This document shows positions 13,201-25,861 of a stretch of DNA of 64,000 nt, in pieces. The position numbers and the translations under genes are program-made. The notes beneath the pieces were generated by a model that saw only the letters and a program-made list of their open reading frames with translations, did not search any database and was not told the DNA's origin. Position 1 is the first letter of the stretch; every line of letters starts with the position of its first letter. Source of the stretch: Anthoceros angustus. Taxonomy: Eukaryota > Plantae > Anthocerotophyta. The stretch covers positions 779,058-843,057 of the forward strand of contig MU008185.1 in the NCBI GenBank assembly GCA_010909165.1. Reading direction: 5' to 3'.

Positions 13201-13949
13201 TCCTTTATGAGTACTTACCTTAGCAAAGGAAGAATTAATATAATCTATTTTGAGGGCTCACTGTATCTTGAGGACGCCCTAATACACTCCATGTATACGG
13301 TGGGAATATTAAAGAACATCTATCTACCTATCTTAGGTACAAAGAGAAATAACTTAATATTATCTATTACGTCCATTTCTCTTCAATTAATGTGCAATAG
13401 GGATTAAGTTTATATATGTCTATGATCTCTGCAATACTATGTAATAGGAAGTTAAGTGTGTAAATATCACTTGAATAATTTGCTCTATCTAAAAAGGAGT
13501 TAAGTATGCATTTAACACTTAATTAATGTAGTCTATCTAACAAGAAGTTAAGTATGTACATATGATGTTTATTGCATAATGCGCCAAGTTTTCTCAACTT
13601 TAACTTTATTATTCACATGTTGGGGCTGCTTGCATGAGAAAACCCAACATGTCCCCACGACGGCGAAAATCTCACCCGGAGGGCTTTATGGTTAGTAAAT
13701 ATATATATGAATCTTGTGCTATGGGATTGTGCCATGAACAAAAGAAAAATCGCCATGCAATGTGGTTGGAAAGCTTCTTGTGGGGACTGCATAATGTCTT
13801 GGAAATGCTTGGTCTGTAAACGGATATAACAAGTTGTGATGTAATATAGCGGTGTAAAGAATGGGTATAGCAAGTCGTGATGTCATATAGCGGTGCCAAA
13901 CTGCTCTTGTAGATGGAATAACAAGCCTTTTCTTGACCCTGGGCAGACT

Positions 13950-14230
13950 GATGGGGAGTTTTTAATCTCTTCCTTTTGATGTTTTTGGAGAGCATGTGTA
14001 TCCTAACCCTTGCAAACTTATTGGGAGTTCTTAATCTCTTCATTTTGATGTCCTCGGAGAGCCTCTGTGTCCCGTCTTTATCAGACTCATGGGAAGATTT
14101 TAATCTCTACATTTTGATGTCGCCAGAGAGCTTCGATATTTGTGTCCCATCCTTATCAGACTCATGGGAAGATTTTAATCCCTACATTTTAATGTCCCCG
14201 GAAAGCCTGTTTACATCGTTTGTGTGTTGA
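13950..14230. repeat. ~70-bp tandem repeat, ~4 copies
   Basis: Recurring tggga(g/a)..tttaatctct.cattttgatgtc; two copies share gtccc.tc.ttatcagactcatgggaagattttaatc. Confidence 0.8.
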
Positions 14231-14914
14231 ATTTAAAGAACATGTATCTAGACATGAGGGTTTTTTTAATCTATATCGGTATTTCTAATTGTTTGGAATG
14301 TTGTTTATGTACTCAATGAATTTTGTCAAATAGTTATAGTATAATTCAATTAAAAACATACAAAGAAGAAGAAATTTATTATAGTTGACAAGAGATGGAT
14401 GACTGTCATGAAACTAAAATAAGATAAATACATATTTTGGAACAAAAAAATATAAATACAGATTTTGTAACAAAAACTTAGGCTTCTAGCGGATTCATCA
14501 CCTTAAACATTCTCATTCACAGAACCTACATTTGTTGAAAGTATAATCTTGTAGTACTAGAATTAAGAATGGCGTATGGAAACAACAATGCATTCAACCA
14601 GCACTAGCAAACAAGCATACGTTGAAAACATATATACATACGTAGGTCCGTGCACATGGTGTTACTGGTTAAGGAGGGAATGTCACTGAAGGGGCACTTG
14701 ATGGTTTTGTGCACAGCCAGTCTAGATTGTAGACTGCGTGTTACAAGCAAACAAGATTTCCCAACTGTAGACCCATATTTGCACACAAACTCTGTGAAAT
14801 GCACTTCAGGCGCTTGAGAATAATAATCTTTACTCCTTTCTTAAAGATTCTACCATGTGTACAAGCTTGTAATGCTTTGGTGGATTGGTCAACTGCTCTA
14901 CGTACGGTCTTATA

Positions 14915-15120
14915 GTCAAGTTGACGAGTTAGCTCTAGGGAAGTAAAGGAAGAAGCTATTGTGCATAGCTAGTGCAGCTTCGCAGCTTGATTCATAGACT
15001 TTGTGTATTGTCCTATCTGCAAGGTTGACGAGTTAGCTCTATGGAATTAAAGGAAGAAGCTATTGTGCATAGCTAGCACTGCTTTGCGGTTGATTCTTGG
15101 TCTTTGTATATTTTCCTATT
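14915..15120. repeat. ~105-bp tandem duplication
   Basis: gttgacgagttagctcta.ggaa.taaaggaagaagctattgtgcatagctag occurs twice in tandem. Confidence 0.85.
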
Positions 15121-17490
15121 CACAAAGAGTGAGAATGGAGCTGTTTTGCTAACGTGCATGATGGTTAGGAGCGTTTGTGAATTCTGTGATCCGTGATAAG
15201 ATTTTGATGAAATGATGGAAATCTTGTGTTCTTAGATAGTCGCGCAATGTAAAATGTTATCTGCCCCTTTGAGTGCCTGCCCCCAAACGCAATTATTAAT
15301 GGATCCGAAAAGTGCGATAACCAAGCCAAATGACTCCGAAAAATGAGGCAAAGATGGAGAGCACTTCAATTGCCATTTCTTCATGCACACAAGAGTAAGT
15401 TGGGGCATCATTGGAGAACGCAACATGCACACGGACACACAAAAAAATCCCATATTCTAAAAGAGACGCACCTCATAAAACCTATTATGGAATACCTCTG
15501 GTCATACGGGAGCGTGTGTGTGACTTTCTTTTTTTTGGGTGTACGCTACGGAAATATGCCATGATATCTTTCAAATACTTACATACAATACACGTATAAT
15601 ACATGCATATAATACACATATAATACATGCCACACAGCTTCTGTAGGTTCGTACGCGGGGCAAAAACTTTGTATGACACGATCATAGGCCTGGTGTTCCG
15701 ATTGTGTCATGCACATGTTTTCTTGTTTAGGGTTTTACGTTTCGATCCGATCACCATACAAACATGTTAAACAGGCGGGCAAGACACATACACAAATTTT
15801 TGTTCGTAGGCCTGCATAGGCCAAGAAATTGAACGCAAATCCTCCGCTTGGACGTGTTGCTTACACTGTATGTGCAAGAAGGAGAGGCTGTGGGTGCAGT
15901 CCCTACGTTTCAGTGTGGTTGACTACTAAGATGCTTCTGTTATGCTTGCAGTTGGATGGGGCGCTGAGACCAAGATGATAGTCATCCGAACTGCATCCAC
16001 GGCCGTTGTCACAGCTGGTCCAGATCCAACACCTGCTCCTCATGCCGCATCGGCCGAGTGATCTCGCGTCTCTTAGGAGACGGAACATGTGAGGCCAGCG
16101 GTTGCTAACGCAACCACTGACAACCCTAAAGAAATGTGGATGCCGCGTGACCAGAGATGGAATATTGTGTGCCGCAATGGCGCGGCAACGCAAATGACCT
16201 AAACGCAACCCTAAACACAAGAGAAGAAAAGTTTCTGTGTATCGTGAAATCTTTTCGCGCATCATGGGGTAGGTTGACGACATCGGGACATAGTGGGGCC
16301 GCAGCCCCGACCGATGTGGTCATGCGTGACATACCGAAATAGTTCCGCTGTATGCGGCGAGACTGTTTCTTTCTGTCCACAACCCTAAAAAAATGTGGAT
16401 GCCGCATGACTAGATCGGTATTCCATAACCTATGAAATATAATATCCTTCCAAATAATGCCTAACCCAAAAAGGTTAAGAACTTTGATACAATCCAATAA
16501 ATCAAGATTCATCACCAAATAAGAAATCGATTTAGTGAATGTGCCGACATTGTGTAGATAAGTTTGAAGAATAAAATATTATGTTTCAGCATAAGATGGT
16601 TATTATGGAAGGTCAAAACAAGCCTTTAGAGATTCCAAGCTATGTATGTACATACATACATACGTAGGTCCGTGCATGGTGTTACTGGTTAAGGAGGGAA
16701 TGTCACTGAAGGGGCACTTTATGGTCTTGTGCGCAGCCAGCCTAGATTGCAGACTGCGTGTCACAAGCTTAGTGGAAGGCGGCCCAGCAAGAAGCTTTGG
16801 GTCTGCTAACGGTTTAGGCGCCGCGTAGACGTTGAACGGGAGCGGTGGCGGATGGTGGACGGGACTGGAGACTGGAGCGCTGCTGGCCCCTGTCGCAAAT
16901 CCCGATTCCATGCAATCATAGCACAAGTACATCCATGCAAGATTATGCACACACCTTGCTTGCTACAGTAGCCGCAACTTACAAGCGGAAGAGCTCTGAT
17001 GAGTCGACTCCTGCGGCAGGCCCAGGCCCTGGCCCTGGCCCTGGCTGGCCCTGGCTCTGCCTGACCTGGAAGCTGGCACGACGTCCCTTTAATCCCTTCC
17101 CAGCTGCCAAAAAAAGGAAGCGGAGGAATGCGGCTCCCATCTTGATGACCTTGCTCACATTGATTGCGCTCCCTGGAGACCAGTGCGCAGATGACACTTC
17201 CATCCAGAACCACCGCTTAATTCGGCATAGGAGATTCCTGCTCGGTCTCACTCAATGCTGGCGTCTCGCAAGGTGGGGCCGAGATCATTCCAGCTTCGAA
17301 CTTCGGGCTGCTGTTCCCGTGCCGTCCGGCCGCGCGGGCGACAGGCCCACGCGCCATGGCGGAGAAAGGGAAGGGCTGGACGAGGGAGCTAAGGACGAGG
17401 AGTACAAAGTCGCTCTGACACGAATGGAGTGGATACGCGATTTACCAGCTGTGGTGGTCTAACTCACAGTTAGGGTGACCAGGTCCGTGA

Positions 17491-20400
17491 TCAATCGTAC
17501 CTGGAGCCCCCGAGGGTCGAGGAAGATGAGGACGCTACATCTGGTGAGGCGATGCTGTGCTTACTCACAGCAAGCCCTGATTCCACACCGCCTACACCGT
17601 GAGGTCCTAGCCAGCCGGGGGAAGCGTTGGCCCTGACTGAAAGCTGGGTGACGTGGATCTCCCGTAGAGGGCCAAGGGCAGCTCCCAGATCAGCCCCTTC
17701 TGAGGACGCAGGGCTGGATCCGCCGCTCCAGTCCTCTGGTATTGTTAGAGGTATATGCTGCAAGGAGATCCGACACAGCGGGCAGCTGAAGTTGCTTCGT
17801 AGCCATTTCTTTATACAGTGCACATGGAAGATGTGCGTACATACTGGAACTGCACATAGCACTTCTGCTGCGGCATAGTCGTTCAGACATATTGGACACC
17901 TGCACACATAAGTGTAAAGCTCCGTGTCAAACCCTAACCTAGGAAGAAGACTCTGGAGGAACAGGAGGTTCTGGAAAACGCAAATGCACAACTCACTGGG
18001 TCTCTTCTTTCCCAAGAATGCCCTCCCTGTAGACGAGGAGAGGAAATGTTTCCAACACTGTTTTGTCTAGCCCCTCTGTACCAACAAGACTCTGTGAAGG
18101 AGATGCGACAATTAAACACATTTAGCTTGGCAAGTAGACCTCGCTGTATCTAGGGGTACTAGAGCTGAAAGAAAGCGGCCTTATTCATGTGGGCGAAGTA
18201 CCTCAGCATGGGTGTGAGTGGCGGACATTTCGACAATGTCACGCCCATCTCGCCCGTGATTCATCAAGATCTTGCAAATGCCCATGGAGAGACAAACAAA
18301 CATTGAACTCATAAGAGCCACCAGGAGAATCATCCACGTTCTCAGTGACCTAGCTCCTCGACCTGCAAAGCACAAGCATGTTAAGCCAGGTCATTTTCCT
18401 TGAACGACAGGCATTGTGCACGAAAAGGAAAACATGGGAGTGCGAAACGGGGTTGACTGGAAACCTGAATAGAAGGCAACAAAAATCTCGAAGGTTACGT
18501 CTTCATGTACTGCATAGTCTACGTTGAACAGCCCCAGAATCAAGTCCCCTTGAGAAACCAGTGACGGGTCCAGTTCATACTCCTCAGACATGATAGCCAT
18601 GGCGTTTGACGTGGAGAAGCGCAAATAGTAATCTGTGAGAGTTGGAAACCTGTTTGTTTGAGCAACAAGAACAGGGCATCCTCCGCTTCGGCTGAAAGAT
18701 AAAGAGATGTTGCCATTATCACTGAAATCAGACGCTTGCAGCCTGAGATATTTTGCCTGGCCTGGATGCAGCGTCCCATTAATTTTGCATTGCGGTTTCA
18801 CTGCATGAACGCCTGCTTCACGCACAAACAGTTGGAAGATTTCCAAGGATGGTCAGCTCAGACATAGCCTACAAACGTTTTCACAAAGCTTGGAATCAAG
18901 CACGGTGCTTCAATTGCTGCTGGAGAGGGACTTACTACTTTCACAGAAATGTCCACCATAGTCATCTTTACACTGGCACACACCATCTTGGACACATAGT
19001 CCATTAGGATGCGAACAGTTCAAGGGGCAGAGGGCCACATCGCTGGTAAGAGAGGCTGCCCAGATAGTTAGGTTAACTTGTGCTGACTGTTGCACACAAT
19101 TGTTGCTGTTCAATATCCCAACATGAAACCGTCCTGCTCCAGTTCCGTTCAAGTGGTGATGGCTCAGTCTGCTGAGGTAGCTGAGCTTGTCACTGTAATC
19201 ATCTAGGTCAGACTCTGAAGGCAGGCTCTGGGAAGTAAGGTCAGGATTTCCGGGCTTTAAAAAGAGCGCCACATCACCATACGCCCGAGAAATCTCCACC
19301 AAAAATCGGCCATGACCGTCAGGGACCTGACAACAGCAGTCGTCATATGGCTCAGTATAACACGTTTTCTGGCATCAGCATGTCAAATCTGACCAGAAGG
19401 AGAAGTTCAAAACACCGTGGTATGGCATGACCGCAACTGAAGATAGTCGACTACAGGGACCATCAACTTGAAGAATGATGCTCATCATACCTCAAAACTG
19501 TAAAACTTCCACACGCCAGGTCCTATAGTGAATTGTAAGGGACCGACAACGCCTCCCAATTCTGGATTCTGGAACGGGGTTACAGGCTCCACACCTGCAA
19601 AAAGGAGGAGAGCAGGTGTGTCAAAAACGAGCTTGCCAGCTGACGGACTACCAGATGAAGTTTTGCCTGGCGAGTCCAACGCTTACCCGGAGCACAAGGT
19701 GTGTCGACACTGGCCCTCACACATCTGCAGGTCCTTGGGCCCACGCATAGTCCACTTGGGGCACTACAGTTTTGGACGCAAGATTGTGTGTCTGCTCACA
19801 GCACAATCCATGAAACGCGGTTGAATGAAACCAGTAGCAAACCACAAGAAGGATAACAAAAAGGAAAACAGACTGTGAAGCAGAACACTCACCAGAGCAC
19901 CAAGCTCTGATCACAATATCGGCAGAGTTGGTTGTTGTGGCTAAAATCGCAAACCAGCTAAGCTCTTCACTGTGTTTGTCGATAGGTATGGTAATGGGGA
20001 GGAAGTGTCCGTCGGCTGAACAAAAAACACATAAACAGAATAAGGCATCTACACGGACACAATGTGGGTGTTGCCTGGGGATTGGTAATCATATGGATGC
20101 ACATACCAATCCAGGGAATGGTTCGGTTGCCGTTGCCGGACGTGTTGAAATCCAGCTTCACCTCCGTACCAGAACCATAGCCCCATCTCAGAGATTTATC
20201 GACATGCGTACCATCGGCATCGGCAGGCCAAACGTCCAAGTGCAGGAAGCCCTGATCGTTATCCACCCCAGGGAGGCAGCCGCGCAGCTGTACCCTGTAG
20301 GTTGTATTAGTACCCGGCTGGATGGTGTCGCGCATGCAGCTGAAATCTGGCACAATTGTGGGGAATTCCTGGGCAGCAGCGGAGGGGCCGTCTGCGGATC

Positions 20401-20540
20401 AACAGACGGACGTTCAGCTGAACGCAGAAAAAGCGCGGATCGCAGGCGGCGAGGGGAAATGGAGAATGCTTACCCAGGAGGGCGGCGAGGAGGAGGAGCA
20501 ATGGCAGGAGATGGGCCAAGCCGGGCGGGGACGGAATCAT
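17491..20540 (-). CDS. Type-I membrane RING-H2 E3 ligase with EGF-containing ectodomain (ATL-like), 10 exons, ~695 aa
   Basis: Hand-spliced phase-consistent exons: 20540-20474, 20391-20107, 20015-19893, 19791-19687, 19594-19491, 19326-18936, 18812-18465, 18362-18202, 18091-17997, 17899-17491 (2088 nt). Signal peptide MIPSPPGLAHLLPLLLLLAALLDGPSAAA; two 6-Cys EGF-like modules; TM WMILLVALMSSMFVCLSMGIC; GLDKTVLETFP; RING-H2 CPICLNDY..VPVCTHIFHVHCIKKWL..SCPLCR. The last exon could splice further. Confidence 0.88.
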
Positions 20541-21780
20541 AACGCGAAGGCGACGCGGGCAGAATCATCCGGGCGCGCTCCACTGCCACCACCAGCGGCA
20601 GAAGAGCAGCAGCAGGAGGTGGCGTGTTGGGCACCAGAGCAGGCAGCCGTTGGTGATGTTCCCGGAAGCGAGCAGGGCGAGCGAGGCGGGAAGGCGGACT
20701 GCTGCTGAAGCCGCGGCCACGCTGAGAGCAGCCAAATCCCGGGCGGAGGCTGCTGCCGTTGCGGAGTGGGCTGCGACCAGCAGGCGCAGGAGGCGAGCAG
20801 GGGATGGCGGCATGGCGAGGGCTGTGCAGGCCCCTGGTGCCGATGCGGGTGCGCGCAGCTGCAGCTGCAGCCTGCAGGCAGGCAGTGGGCAAGGCCGGCG
20901 CAACCTGATGCCAGAGTTCGCCTTCCCCGGCTGCAGCCTGCCACCCGCGGGCCCCGACCACTGTATGCATATTTTACACACCACGCGAGGCCAGACGAGC
21001 CTAGGCTCGGCCACCCCAGCCCAGCCTCTTTTTCTCTCTCGTCGCACTCCTCTCCTCGCTTCCTGCATGCCCATGCCGGTCTCTCCAGGGCTCACCTTCC
21101 ATCGTCCTTTAAGATTTTTTCTTCTTCCTTCTTGCTTGACCACACACTAACTCTCCTTCTTCCTTCATCCTCCTTTCTTGAACAGAGAGACTATGTCCTC
21201 CCTCCTTCCTCCCTTCCCCCTTTCTCCAACATTTGAAAGCTCTCGTCTCCCTCTGTTCCTCGCCCGTCTTCCTTCTCCTTCTCCCTTCTCCTTTTTCCCT
21301 GATTGTACTGTTCCTCCGTCTTCAACCTTTCAGAAGGTCTCGTCTTTGCTCGTGCCTTGAACATTTCACAGCTTTCCTCACTTTCTTCTCCTTGAATTTT
21401 CAGAAGCTCTCTTGAACATTTCGCGGCTCTGGGTGCGTCGTGCTGCATTCTTAGGGAAGACCTTATGGTTCCTTCCGTGAGCATTCACTAGCATTGGATC
21501 CCTTCATGTACTCATATCTCGACATCATGAGGAAAACGGATGCTGTGAACCCGTGGAAGTCACACAAGCAGAAAATGTGGGAAGAGTGCAAGTGAGGATT
21601 TCGAGACCGCACCGCATGTTGATAGGGTACGTACGCAGCGAATGCTCAACGTACGTCATTTGAGGGTTTCGACTCAGGTGGCAGGTGAGGGGTGTGTAGC
21701 AATTGCTCAGCGTGCGCATTTGGTGGGTCGTGATTCACACAGCATGTATGTTTGGTGGGCATGTCTCTTTAGATTGTTGC

Positions 21781-24172
21781 TCACAGCATGTGTTGCAACA
21801 AACGAAGACCTACCACGCACCCCACAATTGTGCCAATTGTATAGCCAAACGTGCCGACCACCAATGCAGGCCGCACCTGTGGAGGACAAAAAAAACAGAC
21901 AGACAAGCGAGGCCTCAGTCCTTTCCTAGCCTGCTCCAGGTGAAGGCTAGGATTCTACTTGCGCCCAGGGGCGGCGGGGGCTTACCAGTCCGGGCCAGCT
22001 CCTGGCGTTTGCCATAGCTGCAGCCGTGGCGGGACCTCCTATGTTTGCATTAGACGCGACCAGAAGCTGCTCGCGTGCACCATCCAGGGGTCAGAGGTAA
22101 TGACACTACTTGCAAATGTAGGGAGGGGGAGAAGCGGCAGCTTACAGTTCGCATAGGAAGGCGAGCTAAGCGTCCAAGACCGAGGATGATGGCCAAGTGT
22201 ACCTGAAGTAGATGGATGAGACTGGAGTTTAATGGCAAAGGTGTAAATGCTGAAGGTGTGGCAGACTCTGAGGCGGTGCTTACCAGCATGACCGTGAGAA
22301 TGAAGACCACCAGAGCCCAGCCACCCCTTACCGCTTCCATAGGATTCGTTGAGGCTCCGATCTGCGAAGCCAGTGTCTGGAATGAGCGCGACCGGATCAC
22401 GGTCATGCTGTTGATCTACCGCTGCCTGGGGTGAAGGATTACTTACCACAGAGAAGAAGAAAAGCATGAGAGCTCCGCCAAGAGTTTGTGAGCCAGCGAA
22501 CAGTGGTACCCTTGCGCCTTCCGTCACACCACACACCTTTGCGCCCACAGCTGAGAAGAGCGACGCAACTACTGCCATAATGGCTAGCCCAGAACCTGAG
22601 CGAACAAGCAGAAGGTACTGAGGAAGGCATATGATCATCATACGTCAAAGAGCCCACCTCATGTGCCGTGTTCAGACCTGCGAATGAAGGAGGAAGGACT
22701 GAAGCAATGGCACTTCCCAAAGTGCACGCCACAGCAGCTGCAGCTATGGAGATAGCAATCGTTTCCACAGTCGATTCAGGATCAGTTTTCTCTGCCGCAT
22801 CTGATGTTGGTGGTGGTCAGGTCCACACCTAGGTACTACATGTCAGACTTTTTGTACGCAACAGAGCCTTAGAAAGAGTCACCTTCCTCCCAGCACAGTC
22901 CCGATTGTCAGTACCAACCTGTAGCTTCCAGCTCCTTTGCTGGTTTTGCACTATCATCGGGGATTGACATGATAATGCTAAAATATACCGCCATGGCAAG
23001 ATTGTCTGCAGCCATTCCAGCTGCCAAGGTGCTCCCAGAAGTCAAGCCCAACGCCTGCAGTGAGCCAACAACCCAAGTTAATGAATTGCAAGAAATGAAG
23101 ACTTTGGCCTACTAGCTCTGAGCAACATGTAGAGCTGAACTAAATTGACCTGAGCTGTAGCAGCGTAGTTGATACTACCTCCGATGTAGCTTGAACACAA
23201 GGATGATGCAATCTAGCACAAGCGGAGATCATTCAAGGTCAAGCCACTAGGTCCGCAAGTTGCTGAAACAGAGAGCAGATGTAGATGTGGAGCCTCTCTT
23301 ACACCTTCCATCCATCTGGCCCAAGCTGCCTGCCGATGCACCAGTAGGCCAGAATAGTCCCAAGGACCGTCCCAATAGACCCAAACCCAAAGGCTTTCAA
23401 CGTTGAGCCTGCATTGCGTTCAGCAGCATTCAGTCAATGCACAAGGTGACCTCCACTCCACCCAACAAGAGTAACGAATGCGCTGCAACAAACCCGCACC
23501 AGCGTCAGTGAAGGCACGCGCAACATCGGTTTCCAGAAGCGACAGGGCAACTGCCATGGGCATCAAAGCGCTGAACACCTACACCCTCAGCAATCCACAT
23601 GTCAGCATTTCCGGAGCAAATTTTGAGGAGCAGTCTCGCCATTCAGCAAGGCATCTCACCGACTCATAAGTTGGTGCAGCAGACGGTATAATTTGAGCTG
23701 CAGAGAGCGCCATGCCCACCCCCATGGCCAGAAGGGGAGCCGACACCCGGGCCCCCCATTTGGTCCTCGACTCTGCAATCTGCTTTGCTTCCGAACCATT
23801 AGTCCTTCACCTCTACCAGCCCAAAGCAGCCCACAGCAACACAGAGGCCAGAATCGTTACCTGCCCGATGGCTGCGCAGGCTGCAAGCACGCCGTAGAGA
23901 ATGCTACCGCTATCAGGCGCCACCAAGGACATCGTGGTCTCCCGCTTCCTTTGCCTGGCCCGCCAAACTTCCCACCACCTTCTCCTGCATGAAAGCAAGC
24001 ACAAATCTGTCCATCTAGACACGGCAGCCAATTTGTGACGCTGCCCTTGGACTGTAGCCTGCCGATACCGTGCAACAACTGCCCGCACTACGACAGCATT
24101 TTGGCAACCGCATGATGAGGTCAAGGCCCCGGGCACTCTCTGGGTCAAAGAAGATAGGCCGACGGAACTCAT
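21781..24172 (-). CDS. DUF819 family multi-pass membrane protein, probable plastid transit peptide
   Basis: Spliced exons: SLVAPDSGSILYGVLAACAAIGQ|IAESRTKWGARVSAPLLAMG..|..GPDGWK|IASSLCSSYIGGSINYAATAQ|ALGLTSGSTLAAGMAADNLAM..|QVHLAIILGLGR..LLVASNANIGGPATAAAMANARSWPGL|VRPALVVGTFGYTIG..HML*. The GGxxN, ADN and SNANIGGP motifs are typical of DUF819. Confidence 0.88.
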
Positions 24173-24824
24173 CGCTTCCAGCTCCGATTCTTTCACTCCA
24201 CCGTCCAATGATGGTGTGAAATCATCTGCTGACAAGCAACAGCTCACAGTCTGCTGCAGTCCTACTATATTTCAAAGCATGCACAACCCAAGTGAGAGCC
24301 CACACCCACCGCTGAGGCCGAGCAATCTCTGGCCGTCAGACTACCGGTACGTCTGTGGAAGGCAGAATTCGCGGGTGTTGGAATGGTTTTTTGTCCGGAT
24401 AGCTTGTGTCCACAGAATGTAAAGTACACATGTCTGCATCCGTTGTTGATAATTCGTTGATCACCGGTGGCTGACATCGTGTTGCACGGGCAAGAAGGAT
24501 TGGAAGCAAGCTTCCCGTTCTGTGCGATCCCCGTTGTCCACTAAAAACGGTGGTAGTTGTGTTTTACGATTTACCGGGCTGCTGTTTAGGGATTTGCTTG
24601 CTTTCAGTTTGCCGGTTGGAAGATGGCGGGAAGCGCAAGAGCGTTTCCGCAATTTGTTGCATTGCTGGAGATGAAGCTGCTGTCTGCTTGCTGCCAGCGG
24701 CATGGGATCAGATGACTGCAGGGGAGCTGCCGCATAGGCTGCTATACGGCCGTACGCCCTGCCACAATTTCACACATCCAGATCTGTGCGTGTGCGTGTG
24801 AGTGCGGTGGCGGAAAGAGCGAGC

Positions 24825-25861
24825 ATGGCAAGCACGGCTGTAATCCAGAAGGTAAGAGCAGTGGCAGTGCTTGCCTCAGGTAGTTGGATCAGTGTCTTGT
24901 GTTGGAGTGGGAAGGGTGTTGTTCTCGCTGGGAGCAACAGGATTTGAGGTACGGAGGTTGGGCCCGCAGGTTGTGGAGGATCAGGTGTTGACTGCAGCTA
25001 AGGTTATTGAGCAGCAGTTAGATGAGCAGATCGACAGATTGGAACGCTTGGATGAGGACGACCTTGAGCAGCTGCGGGAGCGGAGATTGCAGCAGATGAA
25101 GAAGCTAGCTGCCAAGCGACAGGAATGGCTTGCCCAGGGTCACGGCGAGTACGCGGAACTGCAGAACGAGAAGGAGTTTTTCGCCAAGGTGAAGGCGAAC
25201 GAACGTGTTGTTTGCCACTTTTATAGGGAAAACTGGCCGTGCAAGGTGACTTTCTGGCAGCAGCACCTGTCATCTCCTTGTGATGTTCGCTCCTTACCAT
25301 GGAAGTTACCGTATGTCTTGTTTCCGAACAAATGCTGGCGAGGGAGTGATATGAAGTGCTTACTGTGTGTGCTTTGGGTTGAGTCCTGTGCTATTCCAAC
25401 ATGGAAGATGACAGCTCATCACGCTCGTGCTTCAGGTGGTGGACAAACATCTGACTATTCTGTGCAAGCAGCATATGGAGACTCTGTTCGTAAGAATCAA
25501 TGCAGAAAAGAGTCCCTTCCTTACAGAGAGGTTGAAGATAGTTGTGCTACCAACCTTGGCCCTCATCAAGGATGCCAAAGTCAATGATTACGTGGTATGT
25601 TCCAGTCCTCTAGTCCTGTTAGTTGCTGGCTCATGTTCAGCTCAAAACAGCCAGAATGTGTCTGAGTGTTTGCACGCACAGGTTGGGTTTGACGAGCTCG
25701 GTGGCAAGGACGATTTCAGCACTGAAGACCTTGAGGAGAGACTTGCAAGAGGAGGATTTGTTCTCCTGGATGGGGCCGTAAGCAAAGAGAAGGTTCCTGT
25801 CCCAAAGAGGCGGAGTGTTCGACAGAGCGACTCCAAGGATGACTCTGAGGATGATGACTAG
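24825..25861 (+). CDS. PLP3: Phosducin-like protein 3 / thioredoxin domain-containing protein 9 homolog (4 exons)
   Basis: MASTAVIQK|VVEDQVL..DLEQLRERRLQQMKK..GHGEY..EKEFFAKVKANERVVCHFYRENWPCK|VVDKHL..RINAEKSPFLTERLKIVVLPTL..DYV|VGFDELGGKDDFSTEDLEERL..DDSEDDD*. Confidence 0.94.

Noticed and set aside
16845-17462. 205-aa plus-strand ORF
   Set aside because: No domain signal; splice-site orientation in this region favours minus-strand transcription.
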